From Phycisphaerae bacterium (lineage in GTDB: Bacteria > Planctomycetota > Phycisphaerae > UBA1845 > Fen-1342), in contig CAXXWX010000005.1 in assembly GCA_963675745.2 (NCBI GenBank), positions 1 through 64,000 of the forward strand: 64,000 nucleotides of DNA, in the 5' to 3' direction. Both the position numbers and the translations under genes were made by a program. The notes below the pieces were generated by a model. The model was not told where the DNA came from. It saw nothing but the letters and a program-made list of their open reading frames with translations, and ran no database searches. How positions within the stretch are numbered: the stretch's first letter is position 1; every line of letters begins with the position of its first letter. Below are positions 17,813-27,677 of the stretch, piece by piece.

Positions 17813-19248
17813 CACGATTCACCTCCGAATACGGCGACGTCCGCAAACACACACGGCGGCGACGCGTGCCCCACGCGAACAGCCTGGTTGGGCTCACCTT
17901 TCCCGCAATAAGGCGTTCCCATCAACTCAAACTCGGCGCGGTTGCCGACCATCTTCAGGTTGCGCCAGAAAGTTGCGGAGATGCCGCGGTAGTTCGGGTT
18001 CTTCACGACACCATCCAGCTTTCCATTCTTGATTAACTGCCCCCATTCACAGCCGAACTGAAACTTGTTCCGTGAATCATCGATCGACCACGAGTTGTTC
18101 GTCTCCATGTACACGCCGTTTTCGATCGCGGCGATCATCTCCTCGGATGTGGAGTCAGCCGGTTCGAGGTTCAGATTCGCCATGCGATCGATCGGCGGTC
18201 GATTCCACGAACAGGCCCGCGAGTTGGCCACCCCGGGAACGCCGCTGCGTGCCTGAGAGATGGCGCCGCCCAGCGTACGCAGGAGAATGCCATCCTTGAT
18301 GATGTACTCACGCTTGGCCGGCGTGCCGTCATCGTCAAACGCATAGCTCGCCATCTCACCGGCAACAGTCGGGTCAAACGTGATGTTGAGCAGCTTTGAT
18401 CCATACTGGTACGAGCCGACCATGTCGGGTGTGACGAAACTCGTACCGGCGTAATTGCGTTCATCGCCCAGAATCCGATCGAGCTCGAGCGGGTGTCCGA
18501 TGGACTCGTGGATCTGGAGATACATCTGGTCGGGCGCCAGCATCAGATCCATCTGGCCCGACGGGCAATTGGGCGCGGTCAGCAGTTGCAGTGCCTGCTC
18601 GGCAAGCTGCGGCGCAACGGTTAAGAAGCCGATCTTATCGAGGTGCTCCAGGCCGCCCTGCCCGCACGGGGCCATGCCGCCCAACGTGCGCGACTGGCTC
18701 TCACCATCCGCAAAAGCCGTCACGTTCATTTGCGGGGCCTGCCAGCGCTGCACCTGGTGTACGCGACCGCCGGTGGATGTCAGATACAGGCTCTCCGTCT
18801 CGCCATACCATAACCCGGCCGACCAATCGGCGATGCGATCATCGGTCTTGAGACGCTCACACTCGCGCTTGAGCAGATCGACCTTCTCGGCGAGCGTCAG
18901 CGAATTCCACGGCTTCTGCGCCGGCGTTTCAAACTCGCCCTGCGGGGCCGCCATGCTCACGCGCGAGAGATCGACCACGCACTTGCCGGCCGTTTGACGA
19001 GCCCAGTCATGTGCCGCGGCAACGGCGCGTTTGAGTCCGCCCGTAGTCAGATCGCTGGTAGCGGCATATCCCAGACCGCCGCGATCGATGACCGTCACCA
19101 TCGCGCCGCAGTCGTCGGTGGTTGCCACCGGTTGCAACACGCCCTGCCGGACCTCGATCTGCTCCTGGCGTTCATGCACGAATCGCAGCGAGCAGAAATC
19201 GGCTTTGGGCGTAACCTCCGCGAAACGCTTCTCGATTTGCTCAAGCAT
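17812..19248 (-). CDS. tldD: TldD-family metalloprotease
   Basis: IHESIGHPLE (HExxxH), PIDRMAN, CGKGEP; AGGAGG RBS. Confidence 0.92.
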   Translation of the reverse strand: MLEQIEKRFAEVTPKADFCSLRFVHERQEQIEVRQGVLQPVATTDDCGAMVTVIDRGGLGYAATSDLTTGGLKRAVAAAHDWARQTAGKCVVDLSRVSMAAPQGEFETPAQKPWNSLTLAEKVDLLKRECERLKTDDRIADWSAGLWYGETESLYLTSTGGRVHQVQRWQAPQMNVTAFADGESQSRTLGGMAPCGQGGLEHLDKIGFLTVAPQLAEQALQLLTAPNCPSGQMDLMLAPDQMYLQIHESIGHPLELDRILGDERNYAGTSFVTPDMVGSYQYGSKLLNITFDPTVAGEMASYAFDDDGTPAKREYIIKDGILLRTLGGAISQARSGVPGVANSRACSWNRPPIDRMANLNLEPADSTSEEMIAAIENGVYMETNNSWSIDDSRNKFQFGCEWGQLIKNGKLDGVVKNPNYRGISATFWRNLKMVGNRAEFELMGTPYCGKGEPNQAVRVGHASPPCVFADVAVFGGES

Positions 19249-19351
19249 ATGATGCCTCCTTCGATTGAGTCGGCGATCATAACCGCGGCCCGGTGCCGTA
19301 ACAAATGCCGGCGCACACGTACGGCGGGCGCGGGTATCCCACGGATTGCGC

Positions 19352-19378
19352 GGGTGCCCCATGGCTTGCCGTGGGGGG
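19352..19378. repeat. Second copy of the GGGTGCCCCATGGCTTGCCGTGGGGG REP-like unit
   Basis: Direct copy of 16431-16456, also preceded by a degenerate partial copy. Confidence 0.75.
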
Positions 19379-19408
19379 ACGGACGCCGGTCAATCGCTCA
19401 GCCGTCCG

Positions 19409-20293
19409 TCAATTCTCCGGCCGGCCTGATCCGCGCGCCACCAGCCACACCCCGCCCAAAACGACCACCCCGCCGGCGAGCGCGTTGGGCATAATCGGTT
19501 CGCGCAAAATGACCGCCGCGGCCAGCAACGTGACGAATGGTTCGATATACAGAAAGGCCGCAACGCGCGACGGGCCGTGCTCGCGTGTCGCCGAGAACCA
19601 GAGCGCGTACGCCAGCCCGCTGCAAATGAGCCCGAGGAACATAACCGCCAATACGCCGGATACAGTGAGCGGACCGCGGAGCACACCGGTGGCGGTGGTG
19701 GCAAGCGCGCAAATCACAGCCGCCACGCCCATGGCCAGTGCCGTCACGCGCAACGCCCCGCTTCGCGCGATCGCCCGCGCACCGGCCAGTGTGTAAACCG
19801 TCCAGGTCAGACACGAGGCGACCTGGAGCAGGTCCCCCCACCGCGCTCTTTCAAACTCGGGCGCCGCGCGTAGCGTGACCAGGAGTACGCCGCCCATGCC
19901 CACCAGCACGCCCGCCCAGCCCGTGGGCGTGAGGCGCTGTTGCCGGAGCATCTGCGCGCCGACGGCGATGCACACGGGAATGAATCCGATGATCCACCCG
20001 GTGTTGATCGCCGACGTGTATTGCAGCCCCATCGACTGCATCAGCAGATGTAACGCCAGCACACCGCCGAGTGCTGCGCACACCGGCATGTCCCGGCTTT
20101 GCGGCAGCATCGACCCGCCGCGCAGCTTAATCAGGATCGCCAGTAACGCTGTTCCCATCGAAAAACGCAGCGCGACCAACCCGACCGGCGTGACTGTCTC
20201 TAGCGCGATCCGGGTTGCAACGAACGAAGCCCCCCACACCGCGACACAGCTCAGAGCCTTGAGCGAGACGACTCGCGTTACCCGCCGTGCCAT
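19409..20293 (-). CDS. DMT/EamA-family transporter
   Basis: VWGASFVATR..L, about 10 TMs, FLYIEP. Confidence 0.9.
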   Translation of the reverse strand: MARRVTRVVSLKALSCVAVWGASFVATRIALETVTPVGLVALRFSMGTALLAILIKLRGGSMLPQSRDMPVCAALGGVLALHLLMQSMGLQYTSAINTGWIIGFIPVCIAVGAQMLRQQRLTPTGWAGVLVGMGGVLLVTLRAAPEFERARWGDLLQVASCLTWTVYTLAGARAIARSGALRVTALAMGVAAVICALATTATGVLRGPLTVSGVLAVMFLGLICSGLAYALWFSATREHGPSRVAAFLYIEPFVTLLAAAVILREPIMPNALAGGVVVLGGVWLVARGSGRPEN

Positions 20294-20457
20294 CTGTGCC
20301 GCATCACGTGTCAAGCCACTTCTCCGACGAATATCACAGTCGACAGCCACAGATCATACGCCTGGCAGTCGGCCGCAGTCAGCCATCGCCAGGTGACCAG
20401 TCGCTTGTCTCTGCGCCACCGATCCGGCTAAGCTACGTCCAACCTGGGGAGATCGGC

Positions 20458-22185
20458 GTGTCAACCAGTTCGCATGACAACGCACAGAACACCGTTGTGC
20501 AACGCGTGGGCTTCTGGCTCGGCTTGGCGTTGTTTGCGGGGCTACTGCTGGCACCGCCGCCGGCCAGTATGCGCGACGCGGCCAGAGAGCACTACGCCGA
20601 CCGGTTGCCGGCAGACACCGCCGCCATCCTGGCAACGCTCGGGCAGCCCGATGCCCCGGTCGACTCGACTGCGTATCGCGACGCCGAGGAACGCGCGGTA
20701 ACTGGCCGGGCGCGCATCATGATGGGGGCCGCCGCCGTCGCCGCGCTGACCGCCTGCTGGTGGATCACGGTCGCAATCCCGATTCCGGCGACGTCGCTGC
20801 TGCCGCTGCTGCTGTTTCCACTGGTCGGCGTGCTGCCGATCCGGCAGGCCGCCGTGCCCTATGCCGACCCGAACGTGTTCCTGTTCATGGGCGGTTTCAT
20901 GATCGCGCTCGGCGTGGAACGTTGGGGGCTGCACCGGCGCATCGCACTGCACATCGTGCGCATTGTCGGCACCGGCCAGGCGACGATCGTGCTGGGCTTC
21001 ATGATCGCCAGCGCGTTCCTCAGTATGTGGATCAGCAACACCGCGACCACGATGATGATGCTGCCCATCGGGCTGGCCGTCGTCGCCGCGCTACCGGCTC
21101 TGGATGCGGACCGGCAATCGGCGGGGTCGGGTAACTTCGCCGCCGCCCTGATGCTCGGCGTTGCCTACGCGGCGAGTGTGGGCGGCATCGCCACCCCCAT
21201 CGGTACTCCTCCAAACATCTCGTTTCGCGGCCAGTTCGCACGGCTGTACCCCGAGGCCCCGGAGATCAGCTTCGGTCAGTGGCTGATGCTGTTTATCCCG
21301 CTTGTCTGCGTGTTTCTGCCGTTGGTATGGTTTGTGCTCGTCCGGGTTACATGCCGGGTCAGCGCCACAGGGTCATCCGCCGGCCGGAACGTTGTACGAA
21401 AGGAATTGGCCCGGCTGGGCCCGCTGCGCGGCCCCGAGATCAGCATGCTGATCGTTTTCTCCGCGACCGCCCTGCTGTGGATGACGCGCAGCATCCCGAT
21501 CAGCAGCGACTTTAACTACGGTTGGTCGGCCCTCCTGGAGACTTGGCTCACACCCACCGATGGAAGCCCCGCGCGTTTTCACGCGCGCTTTGTCAACGAT
21601 GCCACCGTTGCACTGCTGATGGCCGTGGCGCTCTTCGCGATTCCCGCGGGTCGCGACGAGTCCGGCCGCCGCCAGTTCCTGATGAACTGGGAGACGACAC
21701 GGCGTTTACCCTGGGGGATTCTGCTGCTCTTCGGCGGCGGCTTTGCCATCGCCGCTGGCCTGCGCGGCAGTGGCCTGAGTCTCTGGTGCGGCCACGCTTT
21801 CGCCGGCCTCGGCATACAAAACCCTCTGTCGCTGGTGATTTGCACCTGCCTGCTGATGACGTTTCTCACCGAGATCACCAGCAATACGGCGACGACCGAA
21901 GTCATGCTCCCGATCGTCGCCAGCGTTGCGGGTGTGCTCGGCTTCAACCCACTGCTGCTAATGCTGCCGGCGACAATCTCCGCCTCCTGTGCGTTCATGC
22001 TCCCGGTTGCCACGCCGCCCAACGCGATCGTGTTCGGGTCGGGCCAGGTTGAGATGGGACGCATGGTGCGCACCGGGGTTATCCTGAACCTCATCGGCGT
22101 GGTCCTGATTACGGCGGTGATCTACCTGCTGGCCCGCCCAATGCTGGGGATCGATATAAGCACCCTGCCGGACTGGGCGAATTGA
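20458..22185 (+). CDS. SLC13/DASS-family sodium:dicarboxylate/sulfate symporter
   Basis: LSMWISNTAT, IGTPPN, TEITSNTAT, FMLPVATPPNAIVF. Confidence 0.93.
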   Translation: MSTSSHDNAQNTVVQRVGFWLGLALFAGLLLAPPPASMRDAAREHYADRLPADTAAILATLGQPDAPVDSTAYRDAEERAVTGRARIMMGAAAVAALTACWWITVAIPIPATSLLPLLLFPLVGVLPIRQAAVPYADPNVFLFMGGFMIALGVERWGLHRRIALHIVRIVGTGQATIVLGFMIASAFLSMWISNTATTMMMLPIGLAVVAALPALDADRQSAGSGNFAAALMLGVAYAASVGGIATPIGTPPNISFRGQFARLYPEAPEISFGQWLMLFIPLVCVFLPLVWFVLVRVTCRVSATGSSAGRNVVRKELARLGPLRGPEISMLIVFSATALLWMTRSIPISSDFNYGWSALLETWLTPTDGSPARFHARFVNDATVALLMAVALFAIPAGRDESGRRQFLMNWETTRRLPWGILLLFGGGFAIAAGLRGSGLSLWCGHAFAGLGIQNPLSLVICTCLLMTFLTEITSNTATTEVMLPIVASVAGVLGFNPLLLMLPATISASCAFMLPVATPPNAIVFGSGQVEMGRMVRTGVILNLIGVVLITAVIYLLARPMLGIDISTLPDWAN

Positions 22186-22442
22186 TCGAGCTACACCCCC
22201 CAGCCCATCGCCATGACCGCGGATCGCCCTATGCCAGCGGAACGCACGTGGTACGCCCATCCTGGCCGGCCATACGCCTCCGCCGATTGACGGAGGCGCT
22301 CGCGTGCGACATCGGGGCAACGCTGGTACAATCACGGGACTATCGCAGCGCCCGGGAGACGGGCGTTGTGTGTGCGCGTAATATGTCGCTGCGCACGTGC
22401 GCAGAGCGCGCGCAAAAACTGCTATACGGGAAAGTGACGGTT

Positions 22443-24329
22443 ATGAGCAAGAGCAGTGCCGGGGATTGGCGCGAGCGTTACGCCGACAAGATTGAGACCG
22501 CGACGCAGGCTGTTCATCGGATACACCACGGGCAACGAGTATTCGTGGGCTCCGGGGCGGGCGAGCCGCAATCGCTGACGGACGCACTCGCCGCGCATGA
22601 CAAGCTCGACGACACCGAGATCGTCCACATCATGACGCTGGGCGTTGCCCCGTATGCCCAGCCGAAGTTCGGCCAGCGATTTCGCCACAACGCGTTCTTC
22701 ATTGGCGCCAATGTGCGCGAAGCCGTCCGCCAGGGCCGGGCCGACTACACGCCCATTTTCCTGTCGGAAATCCCGCGCCTGTTCCACACCGGACGCATCG
22801 TGTTGGACGTTGCGCTGATCCAGGTCAGTGAACCCGATGAGCATGGCTATTGCTCGTACGGCGTTTCGACGGATATCGTAAAAGCGGCCGCCGAGAACGC
22901 CCGCTGCGTGGTCGCCGAAGTGAATTCGAACACCCCGCGCGCCCTGGGTGACTGCTTCATCAACGTGCGGGACATCAACGCACTGGTGCCGTGCGACACT
23001 CCGATTCTGGAGGCTCCGCAAGGCGCGCCCGACGAGTTGTCGCGCCGCATTGCCCGGCACATCGCGGATCTGGTTGAAGACGGCGCCACGCTGCAACTCG
23101 GCATCGGCACCATTCCCGATGCGGTGTTGCACTTCCTCGGCGATCGGCGCGATCTAGGTGTTCACACCGAGATGTTCTCCGACGGCGTCATCGCGCTGGT
23201 CGAGAAGGGTGTTATCACCAACAAGCGCAAGACCTTCCATCGCGGCAAGATGATCGCCAGTTTCGTGCTCGGCTCACGCAAGCTGTACGACTTCATCGAC
23301 AACAACCCGCTGATCGCGTTTTATCCCACCGAGTACACCAACGACCCGTTCAACGTCGCCCGCAACGACAAGATGATCTCGATCAACTCGGCGATCGAGG
23401 TGGATCTGACAGGGCAGGTTTGTGCCGATTCGCTCGGCGAGATGTTCTACAGCGGCATCGGTGGACAGGTCGATTTCGTCCGCGGCGCCTCGCGCTCCAA
23501 CGGCGGGAAAGCGATCATCGCCCTGCCGTCCACCGCCAAGAATGAGAGCATCTCGCGCATCGTTCCCACGCTCAAACCCGGTGCCGGCGTGGTCACATCC
23601 CGCGGCGACGTGCAGTATGTCGCCACCGAATACGGGGCCGCCTACCTGCACGGCAAGACCATCCGCGAACGGGCCTTGTCGCTAATTCAGATCGCCCATC
23701 CCAAGTTCCGCCCGTGGTTGTTCTCCGAAGCCAAGCAACGCAACCTGGTCTATGCGGATCAGATCGAGCTGCCCGTCTCGACGCCGGTTTACCCGGAGGA
23801 GCTGGAGCGTTGGCTGGAGCTCAAGGACGGCATGCGCGCCTTCCTGCGCCCCCTGCGTCTCACCGACGAGGCGCGCCTGCGCGACCTGTTCTACAAGCTT
23901 TCGGAGACGGCCGTCTACCAGCGTTTCTTCCGGCAGATCAAGTCGATGCCGCACGAGCGCTTGCAGGAGTTCATGCGCGTCGACTACGAACGCGACATGG
24001 TGCTGGTGGCCGCGACCGGCAAGTCTGAGGATGACAACATCATTGCGCTTGGTCGCTACAACCTCGACCCGCAGACGAACATGGCCGAGGCGGCGTTCAT
24101 GGTGCGCGACGACTGGCAGAGCCGCGGACTCGGGACACAAATGCTCGCTACGTTGATCCAACTCGCGCGCACCAAGGGTATCCACGGATTTGTCGCGGAA
24201 GTCCTGGCCGACAACCACGCCATGCTGCGCGTCTTCCATAACTCCGGGTTGTCGATCGAGAGCCGCCTGGAAGAGGGCGTGTACTTCCTGACGATGCCGT
24301 TCGCCGAGCCGGACCGAACCGAGAATTGA
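22443..24329 (+). CDS. Acetyl-CoA hydrolase/transferase fused to a C-terminal GNAT domain
   Basis: TLQLGIGTIP, GVHTEMFSDG, SGIGGQVDF; C-terminal AEAAF.VRDDWQSRGLGT..VLADNHAM. Confidence 0.92.
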   Translation: MSKSSAGDWRERYADKIETATQAVHRIHHGQRVFVGSGAGEPQSLTDALAAHDKLDDTEIVHIMTLGVAPYAQPKFGQRFRHNAFFIGANVREAVRQGRADYTPIFLSEIPRLFHTGRIVLDVALIQVSEPDEHGYCSYGVSTDIVKAAAENARCVVAEVNSNTPRALGDCFINVRDINALVPCDTPILEAPQGAPDELSRRIARHIADLVEDGATLQLGIGTIPDAVLHFLGDRRDLGVHTEMFSDGVIALVEKGVITNKRKTFHRGKMIASFVLGSRKLYDFIDNNPLIAFYPTEYTNDPFNVARNDKMISINSAIEVDLTGQVCADSLGEMFYSGIGGQVDFVRGASRSNGGKAIIALPSTAKNESISRIVPTLKPGAGVVTSRGDVQYVATEYGAAYLHGKTIRERALSLIQIAHPKFRPWLFSEAKQRNLVYADQIELPVSTPVYPEELERWLELKDGMRAFLRPLRLTDEARLRDLFYKLSETAVYQRFFRQIKSMPHERLQEFMRVDYERDMVLVAATGKSEDDNIIALGRYNLDPQTNMAEAAFMVRDDWQSRGLGTQMLATLIQLARTKGIHGFVAEVLADNHAMLRVFHNSGLSIESRLEEGVYFLTMPFAEPDRTEN

Positions 24330-24336
24330 CGCCCGC

Positions 24337-25551
24337 TCAGACCCGCGCGGCGGCCTGGTACATCGCGATGATCTTGTCTGGCGCCGTTTCCGCCAGCAGA
24401 TTGTGAATGCTGTTGAAGACGTATCCGCCGCCAGCGCCCAGGCACCGGACCACGCGCGCCACCTCGTCCTCAACATCTCGCACCGATCCGTGCGGCAGCG
24501 TCTCTTGTGAGTTGACTCCGCCGCCCCACAGCGCAATCCGGCCGTGCGTCTTGTCTTTCCACTCGGCGAATGAGTGCCCTCCCGCCGGCCACTGGACCGG
24601 GTTCAGAATGTCGAATCCGCACTCGATCATGTCGTCGATCAGATCGTATATGGCTCCGCAGGAATGCAGAAACAGCCGCACTTCGGGCGCCAGCGCGTGG
24701 CAGGTGTCGTTCATCCGTCGCAGATATGGCTGATACAGACTCCGGAAGATCTTGGGCGACGCAATCAGCGAGTTTTGCGTGCCCCAGTCGTCGGCGGCCA
24801 TCATGAGGATGTCGATATACGGGCTGATCTCCGGCAGCACCGCATGGATGTTTTTCAGCGCGTATTCGGTGGTGAGTTCGTGCAGATCCGCAACATAGGC
24901 GGGCTCGGCCAGACACAGGACGGGGTGGATTCCGATGCCGCTGCGTCCGCCGATGCCGATTACCACGTTTATCGGACCGGCGTAGAGAATGGCCCGGTCC
25001 GTTGCCTCGCGCGCGCGCCGGCAGTGGTCTACGATCTCCGCGATCTGCTCATCACGCAGCAAGGCCTCCTCAAGCTCGCGGCGCACCTGGTCGAGCGGGT
25101 CCATCGGCAAAGCGTCCCAAGTGATGGGCTGACCGCCATGAGCGGCGTCGAAAACGTAAGACGACGGCGGCATTCTGAAGTTCTGTTTTGGCTGCACGAT
25201 CGTGCCGTCGTCAAGCGTGCGGAAGTCGGACGGATTCTGCACGCGCGCGGGCAGCCGACCGTCGAAGTCATACTCGTGCCATTTCTCCGATTCCTCCAGC
25301 GCGTTGGTGACGCCGTAATGCACGGCCACCACGTCGCAGCCGAGCGCATCGAGCACGTCGAGGTCTGGCAATGCGAGCATCTGCGCCGTATCGTGAACGC
25401 GCGGCAGTCGTGCCGGCAGGTCGAGCGCCTCGACCAGCCGCGGGTAGGCAAATGCACTGATCCCCGTCGACGCCATGCCTCCCAGGTCCTTCGGCAGTCG
25501 ATCGGGGATCTCAAAGGCCAGTGTTTTCATCACTCGTTCGCGCGGAGTCAT
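24337..25551 (-). CDS. Uroporphyrinogen decarboxylase-family (MtaA/CmuA-like) protein
   Basis: MTPRERV, DDWGTQ, FLHSCGAI, LWGGGV, GGYVF..IHN. Confidence 0.88.
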   Translation of the reverse strand: MTPRERVMKTLAFEIPDRLPKDLGGMASTGISAFAYPRLVEALDLPARLPRVHDTAQMLALPDLDVLDALGCDVVAVHYGVTNALEESEKWHEYDFDGRLPARVQNPSDFRTLDDGTIVQPKQNFRMPPSSYVFDAAHGGQPITWDALPMDPLDQVRRELEEALLRDEQIAEIVDHCRRAREATDRAILYAGPINVVIGIGGRSGIGIHPVLCLAEPAYVADLHELTTEYALKNIHAVLPEISPYIDILMMAADDWGTQNSLIASPKIFRSLYQPYLRRMNDTCHALAPEVRLFLHSCGAIYDLIDDMIECGFDILNPVQWPAGGHSFAEWKDKTHGRIALWGGGVNSQETLPHGSVRDVEDEVARVVRCLGAGGGYVFNSIHNLLAETAPDKIIAMYQAAARV

Positions 25552-25640
25552 CGGATTGATCCAGTTGCGTCAGGTGTCATTTCCCGGCCGCTGTTGAGGC
25601 GGCACGATGTTCGAGCCTGACATGGTAGCGGAGACCGATC

Positions 25641-27644
25641 ATGCGGGGCAGCCAGTTTTTTGTCGAGATCGCCAAGCGCCCCCCCTTCACCAAGCTGCAT
25701 CCGGAAGTGGCCGCCTTCTTCAAGCAGTACTTCGCCCACGAGAAGATTGTGCGCTTCGGCGAGCAGGTGGTGGTAAACACACATTTCCCGCCCTACCCCA
25801 GCCGCGCGTTCGACAGCCTGGTTGATGGCTTTGGCCAGCTCGGCGATGCCGCTCAACGCCGGCTTTACTCGGTGACCTGGGCGGTCACCAATCGCTGTCC
25901 ATTTGACTGCTGGCACTGCTACAACGCCGGGCGCTGCCAGGTGGATCTCCCGATCGGGCGCATCAGGCCGTTGATCGCCGAGCTACAGGACATGCGCGCC
26001 GTGATGGTAACGCTGACGGGCGGCGAACCGCTGCTGCGAACCGACCTGGAGGAGATTGCCGGGTTGTTCGATGAACGCTCGTGTCTGATCATCGGGACAA
26101 CCGGGGCGGGCCTGACACGCCAGCGCGCGAGAAACCTGCGCGCCATTGGCGTTTTCGGCATTGGAATAAGTCTCGATTCCAGCGATAGAGATGAGCATGA
26201 TCGCCTGCGCGGGCGCAACGGGGCATTTGACATCGCGCTTGATGCCCTCCGCACCGCGCGCGAAGAGGGGCTCTATCCGTACGTCGTTTCTGTCGCCACG
26301 CGCGAGTTTCTGCGGCCCGAGCGGTTCATGTCGTTCATGCGTTTCGCCGCCGATGCCGGGGCGCTCGAGGTGCATTTGCTCGAGCCGAGCGCTACCGGCA
26401 AGCTGGCCGGCCAGGCGGACGTCCTGCTCACCGGCGCGGAGCGTGAACGTCTGCTCGCGTACCAGGAGCAGGTGGCCGGTGACGACGACCTGCCGATTCT
26501 CTCGTCGTACGCCTACCTGGAGTCAGCCGAGGCGTTTGGCTGCGGCGCCGGCCTGACGCACGTGTACATAGACGGCAGTGGCGAGATGTGCCCGTGCCAA
26601 TTGGTACCGCTATCCTTCGGAAACGTCACCGACAAGCCGGTGACCGAGATCCTCGGGCGCATGGGCCGCAGCTTTCAACGTCCGCGCGTCGGCTGTGTCG
26701 GCTGCGTCCTGGCGCCGCACGTCGCTGATCACGACGTGCCGACACCCCTGGAAACCTCACAACAGCTCTGCGATCGGCACCTGCCGCGGACGCACGACGT
26801 GCCCCGCTTCTTCGAAGTGTTGTCCCGGGCACGCGACGAGGTTGGCGGCGCCGAGCTGAGGTCCGCCTATGATCGCGTCCACGACGACTACGACGCCTAC
26901 TGGCTCACCGAGGCCGCCCGTCCCATCGAGGAACTGGCGCGCCGCCTGCAATTGGGCGGCGCGCAGCGTGTTTTCGAGGCCGGTTGTGGCACTGGTTACG
27001 CGACCGCCCTGCTGGCCCAGCGTGCCGGCAGCATTCTCGCCGCGGACCTTTCCGAGGGCATGCTTCAACAGGCGCGCGATCGCCTGCGCGCCGCTGGCGC
27101 GGGGAACGTGGAGTTCATGGTCGGTGACGCACTCGAAATCCTGAACTCCGCCGGGACCTTCGACGTCGTGTTTTCGAGTTGGGTGCTGGGATATATCCCG
27201 CTCAAGCCGTTCTTTATGGCGGCCGGGCGCGCGCTGGCCGCTGGTGGCCGCCTGGCATTCGTCGTCCACAAGGAAGACTCGCCACGCGAACCTCTGGAGA
27301 TATTCGCCGAACTTATCGCCCGCGATCCGTCAGCACTGCAAAAACGGGTGGCGTTCGATTTCCCGCATGATTTGGCACATATTCAGGAAGAAATCGCCGA
27401 GGCTGCTCTCGATGTCGAACAGGCCTGGGAAGGCGCGGCCGTGTTTCGCTACGCCGCACCCGAAGACGTCTTCGAGCATCTGCTGAAGTCGGGGGCGGGG
27501 ACGGCGTTCCACGACGCCCTTGATCCGAACCGACGTGCCGCCTTGACCCGCGACTTCATCGACCTGCTTGCCGCGCGCCATCGTCCGGGATCGGAATACG
27601 AGGTCAGCCACGAATACGTGGCCTGCATTGCGCGAAAGCCGTAG
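25641..27644 (+). CDS. Radical SAM (SPASM/twitch-like) protein fused to a class I SAM-dependent methyltransferase
   Basis: CPFDCWHC, TGGEPL, CGAG..YID.SG...PC; C-terminal VFEAGCGTG..DLSEGML. Confidence 0.88.
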   Translation: MRGSQFFVEIAKRPPFTKLHPEVAAFFKQYFAHEKIVRFGEQVVVNTHFPPYPSRAFDSLVDGFGQLGDAAQRRLYSVTWAVTNRCPFDCWHCYNAGRCQVDLPIGRIRPLIAELQDMRAVMVTLTGGEPLLRTDLEEIAGLFDERSCLIIGTTGAGLTRQRARNLRAIGVFGIGISLDSSDRDEHDRLRGRNGAFDIALDALRTAREEGLYPYVVSVATREFLRPERFMSFMRFAADAGALEVHLLEPSATGKLAGQADVLLTGAERERLLAYQEQVAGDDDLPILSSYAYLESAEAFGCGAGLTHVYIDGSGEMCPCQLVPLSFGNVTDKPVTEILGRMGRSFQRPRVGCVGCVLAPHVADHDVPTPLETSQQLCDRHLPRTHDVPRFFEVLSRARDEVGGAELRSAYDRVHDDYDAYWLTEAARPIEELARRLQLGGAQRVFEAGCGTGYATALLAQRAGSILAADLSEGMLQQARDRLRAAGAGNVEFMVGDALEILNSAGTFDVVFSSWVLGYIPLKPFFMAAGRALAAGGRLAFVVHKEDSPREPLEIFAELIARDPSALQKRVAFDFPHDLAHIQEEIAEAALDVEQAWEGAAVFRYAAPEDVFEHLLKSGAGTAFHDALDPNRRAALTRDFIDLLAARHRPGSEYEVSHEYVACIARKP

Positions 27645-27677
27645 CCTCGCCGTTGGTCACAACTGAGTCTCGGACCG

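Noticed and set aside
22443..24329. CoA-transferase-GNAT fusion as a novelty
   Set aside because: This architecture is already a recognised family
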